From a virus, in IMG/VR virus record IMGVR_UViG_3300043449_000987, positions 36,368 to 100,367 of that record: a DNA stretch of 64,000 nucleotides. One strand, given 5' to 3'. The position numbers were made by a program, and so were the translations under genes. Positions 27,402 through 38,800 of the stretch are shown here, piece after piece; positions within the stretch are counted from its first letter, which is position 1; every line of letters starts with the position of its first letter. Below the pieces are notes generated by a model. It saw nothing but the letters and a program-made list of their open reading frames with translations, had not been told where the DNA came from and made no database searches.

Positions 27402-27892
27402 TAATTTTCCACCTCATATATTGTATCATTAAAAATAGATCCACCATTAAGAATTTCTACTTCAACTTGCTCATCATCAGCAAGATTAATAACATTAATA
27501 ATGATATTTCCAGTATCAGTATCTATATAAACAATCTCACCAAATGGTCCAGTTCCCTCAGTTGGGATTTTATCCTCCAACTTTATAGGAAACTTTTTAA
27601 AATATTCATTTGATGTATTCTGTAGTCCTAAAATGTTTTGTGGGTTATATTGTAAATAAAGACTGGTTAAATTTTTAATTGGTTGATAAATAACATTCTG
27701 TCCATTAATAATATCATTTCTTGCAATATTAATAATTTCTTGACCACCGATTTCTTCAAATATCAAATCGGTCATTACCTCGATTGGTGTAGACTCATCA
27801 TTATAAAGAATTATATCTTTGGTTGGTATTTTTACACCAGAGGTAGACGATGATGGAACTATCTTAGGTACACTTGGTACTGGATCAACCAT
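27401..27892 (-). CDS. Tail module protein
   Basis: TAATG-coupled gene in the tail operon. Confidence 0.55.
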   Translation of the reverse strand: MVDPVPSVPKIVPSSSTSGVKIPTKDIILYNDESTPIEVMTDLIFEEIGGQEIINIARNDIINGQNVIYQPIKNLTSLYLQYNPQNILGLQNTSNEYFKKFPIKLEDKIPTEGTGPFGEIVYIDTDTGNIIINVINLADDEQVEVEILNGGSIFNDTIYEVEN

Positions 27893-30800
27893 TATGCCAC
27901 CTCACTTAAATGAATAGTCATTTCTGGGCCTTCTGCAGTTTTTGCATACTCTATATTATATACTACAAACCTTGTTGTTGACGGTGCTATCTGGTTAACG
28001 CCATTTTCATCTTTATACTCAATATTAACAATATCACCCAATTGAATTGTTGGTGTACTAAAAATTCTCAAACCAACAGACTTTCTAGGCTTCATAATCT
28101 TTGAAATAATCCAAGCCATCAAAGATTCGGCATCATCTGTTGTTTGTATATATGGCGCATTTAAAGAAAAATCATTTTTGCCATAAGTCATTCTGCTAAC
28201 TTTAATATCTTCATAATCACTGTCATATCTAATTGGAGACTTTGATAACTGAGTATTAGCAAATTCAGTATTTGTAAAGTCACTCATTTTTTTAAAATAT
28301 CCGTCCACAGTAATTTCATTGGATGATTGCTGTGTAAAGGTAACCCCCTGAATTCTTAAATAATTTCCAGTTGTCTCATCTAAACTTAACGCTGTGTCTG
28401 TAGAATTAAAAATCAAAAATTCTGCGCCATATGAACCAGACATAAAACCAGAAACAGTATAGCCCTTGATTCTATTAAATGTAGGAGAAATCTTAGAATA
28501 TAATGCTGGATAGGCTTTGTCATATCTAATATTAAAGTATGCTGCCTCTCTCATTATAGTTCCAAACTCATCAAAATATATATTATACTGCGGAGGTTCT
28601 GATGGACTAAGACCAGAAAGATATGTAGATTGAATAATTCCACTCATGGCATATTTGCTGAATGATTCGTTTGCATTGATCTCTTCATCTTGAATTGCAG
28701 TAAGTGCAGGTGTATCAAGACTGAATGTGGTATTTTGTGAATAGTTATTAGTTAAAGCGTAAACATTTTCAAACATACATCTAGATGCACCTCTAGTAAA
28801 AATAGCCATATTATTATAAATAGGCATTGGGTTTATATCATCTACTGTTGTAATAAGTTTATTGTTTACGTATAAATAAAATCTTCTTATAGACCCAATG
28901 TCTTGATACTCTACTGCAAGATCGTATACCGTTGGATTTTGCTCCCCAACCATTCTATACTGACCAGTAAATTTACCATCATCGACAATTACATTAGATA
29001 GACCACCCCAAAGTTTAATAGGTATAGCCTGGCTAGAGGAAGGATCTTTTGCAATTTTATAAAAGATAATATTATGAATTGTATCTGACCCACTTGTATA
29101 ATTATTAATATTGTTTTCTGTTAGTGCAATTAGTTCAAAGTAGTAGCCGTTATTTGTTTCTGGATTTACCATGACAGCAAGACCACCAGAACCACCACCA
29201 ATATTAACGCCCTGATCTGGTTTTGAGCCAGTAACAACATAATATGTTTCACTACCAATAGGGGTTTGTCCACGAGTTTCATTGTTTTCAATTTTTCCAA
29301 TAATTCTCATTCTAGTACCAAAATGTCTATACTTATTTGTTAGTGGCTTGTAAACATAAGAAATAAAATCAAGTGGTGCTTCTGTTGTTCCAAATGGTGG
29401 GCCATTTAGTACTAAAGCAGAAGACTGAATGCTACCAGTCTGTGTAGATAAAAGTTTATTGACATCGGATTCGCTTATGTAACTGTTTGCTAAAAAGTTT
29501 TTAATAATTCCATTTCTTGATGATTTAATTGCAAGCGAATTATTAATACCAGCAGCACCTAATGAATATGGAGTTGTTTGATTTGATTGGTTGTTTATAC
29601 TAAAAAGATTTTCAGATTTCATTGTACAACCACGAACGTTTGCATTGTCTGACCAATAAGAATTAATTCCTGCACTATGGTTAACAATTGCACTGCCAAA
29701 TTGACCTCTACCGTGTTTTGCAACTGGTCCATTTTTTAAAACATATATATCATTAATAACTTCATAGTTTGGTTCAGCATAGATTCTTATCAGACCAGTT
29801 GGATAGATTTTTCCGTTAAAACTAATCTTTGAAAAATAATCTTGGTATTCTTGTCCATTTTTAATCCATACATTTCCAACACCAGAAACGTTGTATTGCA
29901 CTGCATCATATTTAATTACTTCGCCATTTGCATAAAAATATCCTGAGTTTCTTGTTAACCAATAAATGCCTTCGCCAAGATCCATAGTATTATTAATAAG
30001 TTTATTTCCAGAAACATATGGAATAGCATCAGTTAAATTAGAATTAAGTGGTATTGCGCTTAACACATAACTGGACTGCGTACCCACCTGATCATTAACA
30101 GACTTTGTTGATTGTGAACCAGAAACCTCCCACAAAAGAACTGGCTTATATACCCAAGTTTTATCTTGATCAATCATGCTTGCCTGTCTGAGTGATCCAA
30201 AAGTTTTTTGAATATATCTTGTTTCATATGATATAGCGCCAGCATTAAAAACAGAGTTTTCCTGTGATGCAACTTCAATAATGTTTGCAAGTTTTGTGTT
30301 TGTTGTTTTATTTTCGACTAGCCCAGAATCTTCAAAATCTATAGATCCATACAGCGTTAAATCGGTTTCTCTCTGTGATTCTGACGGCATTAAATAATCT
30401 TTGGTCATCATAACAAAATTATTATATTCATCAAAAAACATTGCTGTTTGTGTTGATACTGCTAAATCATTAAGTACTTGTGCAACACTTTGATCTGGCG
30501 CAATATAAAAATATGGAATAATTAATTCTGGCTCATCATCAATTCTCTTAAATACATAATTTGAAAAACCAATACTATCTAACAATATTGCAATTGCAGA
30601 ACTTAAAGAAGCATCTGTTAAAAGTATTTGTGGAGCAGTTTGTGATTCAAAATAAAAGTACATATCTCTTAAATTTAAAGTAACTTGTCTATCGTAGGTG
30701 CTTGTTGATGGGAACCCTTCAGAGTAAAGCGTTTTGATTGGTACAAAATAATCATATCCATCAACATCAACAACTATGTCATAAAACTTAATTTGTATAT

Positions 30801-32190
30801 TATTTGTAATATATTTATTTACAATACTTGATTCGTTGTTTGTATTAAAGGCTTGGTCATAGTCAAAAAGTGTTATTGATCCTGTAGAAGCCAAAAGTTG
30901 ACCTACTGGTAATCCTGCTGTACCCAAGTCTCCAGCAGTCTTATTAATACTTGCGTCAAGCGTTTTATCAGATAGATCTACCGCTAATCTTGGAGACAAC
31001 TCAATTAAATCAAAAGTTGAATCCTGCTTGTTCATTGTATCAACAACAATCCTAATTCCTGATAAATACTCAAACTCACGATATGAGTTTTTTTGAGTCA
31101 AAGGATTTTGATATATAATTGGTGATGTTAAATCTGTAACAAAATTTGTTAAACGATCTACAGTTTCTTCTTGAAGGTACCAACCATATGTTGGGGTAAA
31201 GGTCTGATAGGCACCATCAAACCATACATAATACTTTCCAATATCTGTTTCATTTTCTTTAATTAGATAGGCATATCCATTAACTGATTGCTCTGGCAAT
31301 AAAGCAATTGACGAATATTCTTCTGCTTTAACAAACACATCTAAATATTTTTCTGGAATGATTAATCCATAAGCAAGTTCTACATACCCGTCAGACTTAA
31401 TAATGTTTGTACCATCCAAGCGCTTGGAAGAACTATTAAAAGAAATTAAATCAACCCATGTGTTGTTTTGTAAAGACTGAACTTTCCATCTAACTGGAGT
31501 TGTGCTATTTGCATCACCAAACAATGGATCTGAGAATGAACCTGCAGCGTTTGAAAATGGACCAAGGTCAACAGACCCCACATTTGTTTGCATTTTAATA
31601 ATAATTCTGTTTGCTGGAATAACATCTTTATAAACAATAAAGGGACAAGCATCATCAATATAGTTTTGTCCGTTTATAAAGTGGTTTGCAATTCCATACT
31701 CAACTCCACTTTCAGTTCTATATGATGACCAATATTTAAACTGATCTTCTTTTTCTGACATATAGTATCTTGGTCTTTGCGACATGCTTTTATTAACATG
31801 ATGAATTTTGCTTCCTTCAAAAAAACGTGCCTTATTAATGCCAGATCGTGGTCTAAACTTTTTAAAACAATCTTCTAAAGAATAAAGCATTTTAATTTTA
31901 TCTTTGGTTGATACAAAAGAAATTGGCATATCGGAGTTATCATATCCACCATCAACAACAACGTCAGCATCTGTAGCACCAGTATAAAAAGACCCAGTAT
32001 CATTGGGGTCAAAATTATTTACAATATTTTTGTATTTTGTTCCATCTGCATCTGTTGGTCTATATCTATAGTTTCCAATTCTAAAAATATTGTTTGCAAT
32101 ATTCATATTCCATTCTGCAATAATTGCAGACTGAGTTCTTACAACTGAAGATGTTTCTATAAAATTTTTAAGTTCGGCATTTTGAAACAC
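27892..32190 (-). CDS. Large minor tail (hub/central fibre-like) protein, 1432 aa
   Basis: Second gene after the tape measure; MFFDEYN motif and C-terminal IQLGDIV. Confidence 0.65.
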   Translation of the reverse strand: MFQNAELKNFIETSSVVRTQSAIIAEWNMNIANNIFRIGNYRYRPTDADGTKYKNIVNNFDPNDTGSFYTGATDADVVVDGGYDNSDMPISFVSTKDKIKMLYSLEDCFKKFRPRSGINKARFFEGSKIHHVNKSMSQRPRYYMSEKEDQFKYWSSYRTESGVEYGIANHFINGQNYIDDACPFIVYKDVIPANRIIIKMQTNVGSVDLGPFSNAAGSFSDPLFGDANSTTPVRWKVQSLQNNTWVDLISFNSSSKRLDGTNIIKSDGYVELAYGLIIPEKYLDVFVKAEEYSSIALLPEQSVNGYAYLIKENETDIGKYYVWFDGAYQTFTPTYGWYLQEETVDRLTNFVTDLTSPIIYQNPLTQKNSYREFEYLSGIRIVVDTMNKQDSTFDLIELSPRLAVDLSDKTLDASINKTAGDLGTAGLPVGQLLASTGSITLFDYDQAFNTNNESSIVNKYITNNIQIKFYDIVVDVDGYDYFVPIKTLYSEGFPSTSTYDRQVTLNLRDMYFYFESQTAPQILLTDASLSSAIAILLDSIGFSNYVFKRIDDEPELIIPYFYIAPDQSVAQVLNDLAVSTQTAMFFDEYNNFVMMTKDYLMPSESQRETDLTLYGSIDFEDSGLVENKTTNTKLANIIEVASQENSVFNAGAISYETRYIQKTFGSLRQASMIDQDKTWVYKPVLLWEVSGSQSTKSVNDQVGTQSSYVLSAIPLNSNLTDAIPYVSGNKLINNTMDLGEGIYWLTRNSGYFYANGEVIKYDAVQYNVSGVGNVWIKNGQEYQDYFSKISFNGKIYPTGLIRIYAEPNYEVINDIYVLKNGPVAKHGRGQFGSAIVNHSAGINSYWSDNANVRGCTMKSENLFSINNQSNQTTPYSLGAAGINNSLAIKSSRNGIIKNFLANSYISESDVNKLLSTQTGSIQSSALVLNGPPFGTTEAPLDFISYVYKPLTNKYRHFGTRMRIIGKIENNETRGQTPIGSETYYVVTGSKPDQGVNIGGGSGGLAVMVNPETNNGYYFELIALTENNINNYTSGSDTIHNIIFYKIAKDPSSSQAIPIKLWGGLSNVIVDDGKFTGQYRMVGEQNPTVYDLAVEYQDIGSIRRFYLYVNNKLITTVDDINPMPIYNNMAIFTRGASRCMFENVYALTNNYSQNTTFSLDTPALTAIQDEEINANESFSKYAMSGIIQSTYLSGLSPSEPPQYNIYFDEFGTIMREAAYFNIRYDKAYPALYSKISPTFNRIKGYTVSGFMSGSYGAEFLIFNSTDTALSLDETTGNYLRIQGVTFTQQSSNEITVDGYFKKMSDFTNTEFANTQLSKSPIRYDSDYEDIKVSRMTYGKNDFSLNAPYIQTTDDAESLMAWIISKIMKPRKSVGLRIFSTPTIQLGDIVNIEYKDENGVNQIAPSTTRFVVYNIEYAKTAEGPEMTIHLSEVA

Positions 32191-32191
32191 A

Positions 32192-32833
32192 TTATACCTC
32201 TTCCAACGTTACAGATATATTCCAAAGATCAAAATTTGATCCGCCTCTTTTTTCAATACTATAATTAAAATTTGAAAAGAAAACTTCTACTAGTTCATTA
32301 TATTGACCAAGATGTCCGTAGGCAGGATCATCTTTTCCAAAATTAGAATACTTATCGTATGATAGAAAAACCCAAAAGGATCCCTTATGATTTTCATACC
32401 AATCCAAAATTTCTACTCCTCCTGCGCCACCGTCAGATGTGTACTCAAAAGAATTATTTCCAGTATAAACAGATTTGCCATTTGTAGAGTTAAAGTCTGG
32501 ATTAGTATAGTGTGACCTTGATGGTAGCAATGTCCAGTTTGTTGAAATAGTTAATTTATCTGCAATATGATAAGACCTCATTCTGCCATTAATCATTCGC
32601 TCTCTTTTTTCAATTCTTGTTGGTGACATAGAAATTGGATCACGATTATCGTCAGACAAAATTAAAAACTGATTAAAAAGGGTTGTGTCAGCCTCTGCAC
32701 CAGTATCTGAATTAATCTCATAGCCATTAGGAACGTATAGTCCATTAGTAAGTGTGCCAGAGTTTTCTGACCAAAGCATTGCTTGTGGTCTAGCATACTT
32801 TCTTCTTCCAGCCATGTATGATGATGATGCCAT
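32192..32833 (-). CDS. Distal tail (Dit-like) protein
   Basis: Directly follows the TMP; ends WNISVTLEEV. Confidence 0.6.
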   Translation of the reverse strand: MASSSYMAGRRKYARPQAMLWSENSGTLTNGLYVPNGYEINSDTGAEADTTLFNQFLILSDDNRDPISMSPTRIEKRERMINGRMRSYHIADKLTISTNWTLLPSRSHYTNPDFNSTNGKSVYTGNNSFEYTSDGGAGGVEILDWYENHKGSFWVFLSYDKYSNFGKDDPAYGHLGQYNELVEVFFSNFNYSIEKRGGSNFDLWNISVTLEEV

Positions 32834-35800
32834 TACTTTCTAATCCCCCTAATTCTTTGTGAATCAATTTGCTTAATCTGAGCAATTACTGTTTGAGCAA
32901 TTTCATTTGGATTTGCGTCAGACTTAACATTAACATTTAAGTTATAAGTATACACTGAATCGCCAACACTTTGACCATTATTCATTGCTTTTAGAGTGCC
33001 AACTCCATGTGTATTTACGGCATACCTGCTCATAACAAATTCTCCAGGAGTTAACATTGCTGGAACAGTATCTGTTCCTCTTGCATACCCACCAGCAACA
33101 AAGTATTTTGGAATAATCCCACCACTTGATCGATAGTAGGAATCGATCTTTTCTGCTTTTGCAGCAGCCTCTGCTCTTTTAAGATTTTGAAGTGCTTCTG
33201 CTTGTTTTTCTGCTGCTGCTTGTTGTGCATAGTACTGAATTGCTTGACCAGTATATCGTGCTGATGACATAACTCCAGCAACACCACCAAGCGCTGCTGT
33301 GGCTGCCTTATCTTTTAGTAAGGAATCAGCCATTTGATTTGCAATTTGACCTGCTGTAAGATTGGTCTGGGTTCCACTCTTAATTGCAGTAATTAATGTA
33401 TTTGTTTGATCCGTAACTGTTTTATTTACAGTGTCAATATTTCCAGGGTTGCCACCACCACCACCGCCACCACCACCGCCACCAGTGGCTGTTACTGATT
33501 TTGCTCCAGTCATTGCTGCTTGTGCTGCTGCTGCAGCCTGTATAGCAGCAAGAACCTTTTTCCATGCATCTTCAATACTAAGTACACCTGACGCAATATC
33601 ATCTCCTAGCCCAAGCAAACCTTCTTCTCCAAGCCATTCTGCTGTTGTATCAATTACAGCATTAATTGCTTCCCACTCTGCCTTACTTCTACCTTGAGCA
33701 TCAACAATATTATTAATTGCATTTGTCATATCAAAATTATATTTATCAATAATTTCTTGCATTTTGTCAATTTCTTGTTGTTTTTTATCTAAAAGATCTT
33801 GTGCTGGTTTTAATCTTAATTGCTCAATATTATAAATATTGTCTTCTTTAGACTGAATCAAATCTTGTAGTTCAGTACGAGTATAAAGTTTTCCATTAAT
33901 TTCAACTTGAATTGCATCTATTTCTTTTTGCTTCTTTAACTCTAAAGCATCTTTTTGTTTTCCGAGATTAGATATTAATGCATCTTGTGAATTTTGTGCT
34001 GAGGCTGATCGCATTTCCTGTGCAATTCTTGCTGCTGCACCAATATCACCAGAACTTAAAGCACCAGCCAAATCTGTTTGCTTATTTTGTTGATCAAGTA
34101 TCTGTTGGTTAACCTTTTTAACATCTTCAAGTGCTGAAACTTGATCATCAATTGCTTTGAGTTTTTCATCATAAGCCTTATTAATCTTGTCTTCTTCTCT
34201 GCCAATTAAATCAAGACCACGGTTATATTTAGATACCAGTTCTTGTTCAGCATCAATCTCTTTTTGAATTCCATCAACAACTGTCTGTTGTGCTTTTGCC
34301 TCTTGTTGTTTTGCAGCAATTGCTTGTTCATATTTTTCTGGAGACATTCCTTGTGCTGCAACAAAATTTTGTCTTTGTTGCATTCTGACAATTGCTTCTT
34401 GTGCTGCAAAATATTGATCGAGTTTGTCTGCTGCCGTTTCTTTTTGCTGTGCATCTTGGAACTGAAGAATTTTTAATGTTTTACCAAGTTCTTTTACATT
34501 TGAATCTGCTTCTTTTGCACCCTTTATAAAATCTTTAAAATCTTGACTATCAACCTTTTCTGCGTTTAGTGCTGCGACCAATGCATCATTTCCTAGTATT
34601 TCCATAATTTTGGAAGCACTTAAACCAGATCCTGCCAACTTAGTATAAACAGAAACTTGTTGTTGTGCATTTTTAACAATATTTTGTTGTTGATCTACAA
34701 ATGTTCCAAATTCAATTTCTTTAGTAAACTTTAATATAGCCTGACCAAGATCTCCAAATATTACCTTGCCATCTTTACCAAGAGCATATAGTCTATTTTT
34801 TGTTCCATTAACAGCCTTAAAGGTTTTTGCATCAAGTCCACCTACAATGTCAATAAAGGACTGTGTAGCCCCACCTGCACGTAATAACTCATCAGTTCCT
34901 TTAAACCCTGTTAAATCACCCTTAAGGGCCTTAATAAAGGCACCTACACCACCAGTAGCATTAATAGAAGCCAGTCTAACTCTCTTCAACTTCATTAATA
35001 GATCATCAATAAATGCAAATGGATTGGTTCCACTTCCAGAGTTATCATTAATTCCCTTTGTGCCTGGAGTTTCAGGTGAATCTGGTGTTACCTTGCCACC
35101 ATTTTCAATTGCTTTAGTTAATGCCTCAACTTCTTTTCTTGCCTGTGCTGCACGATAAGCATATCCACCAAGAGCCTTACCACCCTTAGTTTTTGCTGCT
35201 GTATAAAGTGCATCTGCTGTTGCTTGCTTTTCTAATGCAACACTTAGTTGTAATTGCAATCTTAGTGCCTCAGAAATACCAGTAAGATCTGCAACAAATT
35301 TAATTTTTTGCTCAGTAGTTTTTCCATTCATTTCTTTAAGAATAGTATCAATTTGTAAAATGTCTGCTGGACTTAAACTTCCTTGTGCATAAGCAATAAG
35401 AATTTCGCTTCGCATATTTTTTGGTATGCTTTTTGTAATTGTTTCTTTTAATAATTTAGCAACTTTTTTATTTGTTTTTTCAAGTGATGCAAAAACTTGA
35501 TCTGCTAAATCTGATAGTGCAGCCTCAGATGCTTTTCCAGTTGAGTCAACAGCGTCCAACGATTTAACAAGATCATCAGTTGCTTTTTTGATGTTTTGGA
35601 AAACAACCATTTGTGCTGCATAGGCTGTATTATATTGCTCTACGCTAATTTTTCCATCCACATACATTCCATTAAGAAGTGCTAATGAATTTTTTTGATC
35701 CTCAATGGCTAGAGTAAGTGCTACTGTAGCAAACTTTGTATTTTTAATTTTTGTTTCTATAGCATCTCTTCCTGCTTGGTTTGCTGCATCAGCATCCTTA

Positions 35801-38800
35801 GTTTTAGCATAGTTTTCTGAAACAGCAACAGAATATGGTTTAATCTGACTAATTTTTCTTTGAATAACTGCTAAACTTGCCTCAGATGCCTTGCTTAAAT
35901 AATTAATACGTGCATCAATCGACAGTGGTTCTTTAGTGATGTCTTTGCCATCTTTACTCAACAACTCTTGAACTTTGGCCTTAAGTTTAATCTCACTTAC
36001 ACCACTAAGTTCTGCTGCTGCTTTAATGTTGGCAGCAATGTCTGCTGGACCAAGACCAAATGTTGCTGCTCTTTTTGCAACATCTGTAGCCGAAATATCT
36101 AGTGCGTTTGCTTTGCCAACTCTTCCAGAAAGTTGCTGACCAACTGCTTTTCCTTCTTCTGCATAAAACTTTCTAAAGTTTGCTGCTTTTGCTAGATCAG
36201 CATCAATAAAGCGTTTATCTCCTACACGATTAAACTGGCGCTCAGAAGGTAGGGCTTTATCTCCAACATATCTTGAGTATGCATTAATTGACTCAATATT
36301 TCCAAGTCGTGCTTCTGCTTCTTTTTTACCAGCATCCTCTAAATGTTTGATATATTCTTGTTGCTTTTTACGTAAGAAGAAGAATCCTGCAGCAACTGCA
36401 GCCACTCCTGCTACCGCTAAACCAACTGGATTAGTTAGCATTGGCAGAGCCATGGCCAATGATTGAATCCCCATAACTGCTGGTGCTGCTGCTTGAGCAA
36501 TTTGTCCAATTGGGCCAGGCATCATTGATGCAGCAAGCATTGCTCCTGATGCAACCATGCCACCACGCATAGCGCCACCTGAAATCATTTGTGCTTTTGC
36601 TTTTATTGGTTGTGCTTTAAAATTTCTGTATGCCCCTGTCATCTTGCCACGCAAAGATTGTTTTGGTTGAGGCCCAAACATAACATCTTCGCTATATGTT
36701 GCAGGAGATTCACCAGGTCGAAGTGTTAGTCCACCACCTGTAGAACTGACTGTTCCCCTTGGAACAATAAGTCCAGATGCAGTTTGTTCAAATTGAGTTA
36801 CTGCTCCTGATGCAACCTTTGCTGCTGCTGCAGCAACTGCACCAGATCTTTTTTCCATACCAATAATTAATCCATTATCAATATCTTGACCAGTTTGATC
36901 AGTGAAATGTGATGGAGAATTTGTTCCTGCTCCACGAGCAACTGCTCCAACTGCCACTCGACCAACCTGCATGGCTTGTTGCTCAATTAAAACTTGTCCC
37001 TCTTTAAATATTGCACCATTTCTTAATTGCTGCATAACCTGTTGCTCAATTGCAGATCCTGCACCTGCTTTTTTACGTAAGAATGGTTCTACATAATTTG
37101 TTGTGGCTGGTGAATATGGAACGTGTGCAAATTGATAAGATCCTGGATAATCTTGAGGCATTGGTAAACCTCTCATAGCAAGTTCTGATCCAAATGATCT
37201 TCTTATTTGCTCTTTATAACTTACTCCAAATCTTTCTGTAGAGGCTCTCTTAACAATATGTTCTCCAGCCTCATTAATTGATAGTTCTACTCGTTGTAGA
37301 TTTTGTTGAGTTAAATCACTTTCTAATGGGTCAAGCAACTTACGAACAGCAATAGACATTGACTGCATGTCTCTTGCAGTAATTTGTCCTGATTGTGCCA
37401 TTTCTTCAATACTTCTGATAATTAATGGGTATTGAGTTTTACCAACTTGAGCAACATTTGTTACATCTGCTGTAACGCCATCTCTAAATATTGAAAAAAT
37501 ATTATCTAAAACTGGTGTTAAATCTTGACCAAACTTTTTATAGTTTGCTTGTGTAACCTTAATATCTTGTTCCATCATCATTGCTGTTTTAATTGATGCA
37601 GCAAAAGATGCTTTGGCCTCTTCACTTGAAGTAAGCCATTCTCTATCCATACCAAATCCACCAGGAGTGTTTCCTGGAGCCATCATTGCTACTGGAGAAT
37701 ATCTTCTTGATTTAAATGTTCCACCAAGTACAGTTCCCAATGTTGGGAAAAGTCCTCCAGCAAATCCTGGAATATTTCCAGATACCAAAGAATTAACCAA
37801 GTCTGGATGTCTAGCAACAGACTTTGCTGGAATAATTGCTTCACCATTAGAAACTCTGGCAACAATAGAATCTGATGTTCCAGTTCCTGGACCACGAACA
37901 ATTCCACCATCTGCAAATTTCTTTGGTTGTCTAGATTGTGGAATCATCATGCCTGGATTATTAAATGCAAATCTTGATCCTGCTGCTGCTGCTTCAATAT
38001 AGGCATTTCTCAAATTCATTACTGCATCTGCTTCAACTGTAAATCTTTGTGTTAGTCTTGCATGAACCTGATCAAGTGAGTGTGCTACGGCCTCTGCCTG
38101 AATTTGTTCATTAGTTAAATATTGGGTTTGTTCTCCAAGATACTTAGACTGCCCAGTTAATTTTAAATAACCATTTCTCAATAAACCAAACATCTTTAAA
38201 AGTTGTCCACCAAAGTTAGCAACAAGACCAACAAGCATTAGAACAACTGGTCCAACACCTGCAAATAATGTAACAAGGGTCGTTACTACTTTTTTAGTAC
38301 CATCGGAAAGATTATTAAACTTGTCTGCAATCTTTGTAAAAAACTCAATAATTGGTGTAACAACTTTGAGGAACGCTTCTCCAACTGGAGCAAGAGATGC
38401 TCTTAGTGATTGAACTGCTGCGCTAAATTTAGTTGCAGCATTTTCTTCAATAGCATTTAATTCTTTATTGGCAATTGCTGCAAGATCTTGGGATGACATC
38501 TTTACTAATTCAAGTGCTTGAGATGCTTGTGATCCTGATTTTGCAATATTATCAAACAATGCAGATACTCTTGCAAACTGGAACTTACCGAATAGTTGCT
38601 CTAAAATTCTTTGTCTTGCTAAAGGTGTTAACTGTTTCATTGCATCAGCAAGGTCAAGGACTGTACGCATGATGTTTCCTTCATTTCTAGAAACAATAGC
38701 GTTAAGATCAATATTGACACCATTAAGCATTTCTCTTGCTGCCTTGCTTGGATTAATCATAGAAGCAAGAGCAGACTTTAAACCGTTTGCTGCTTCTGCA

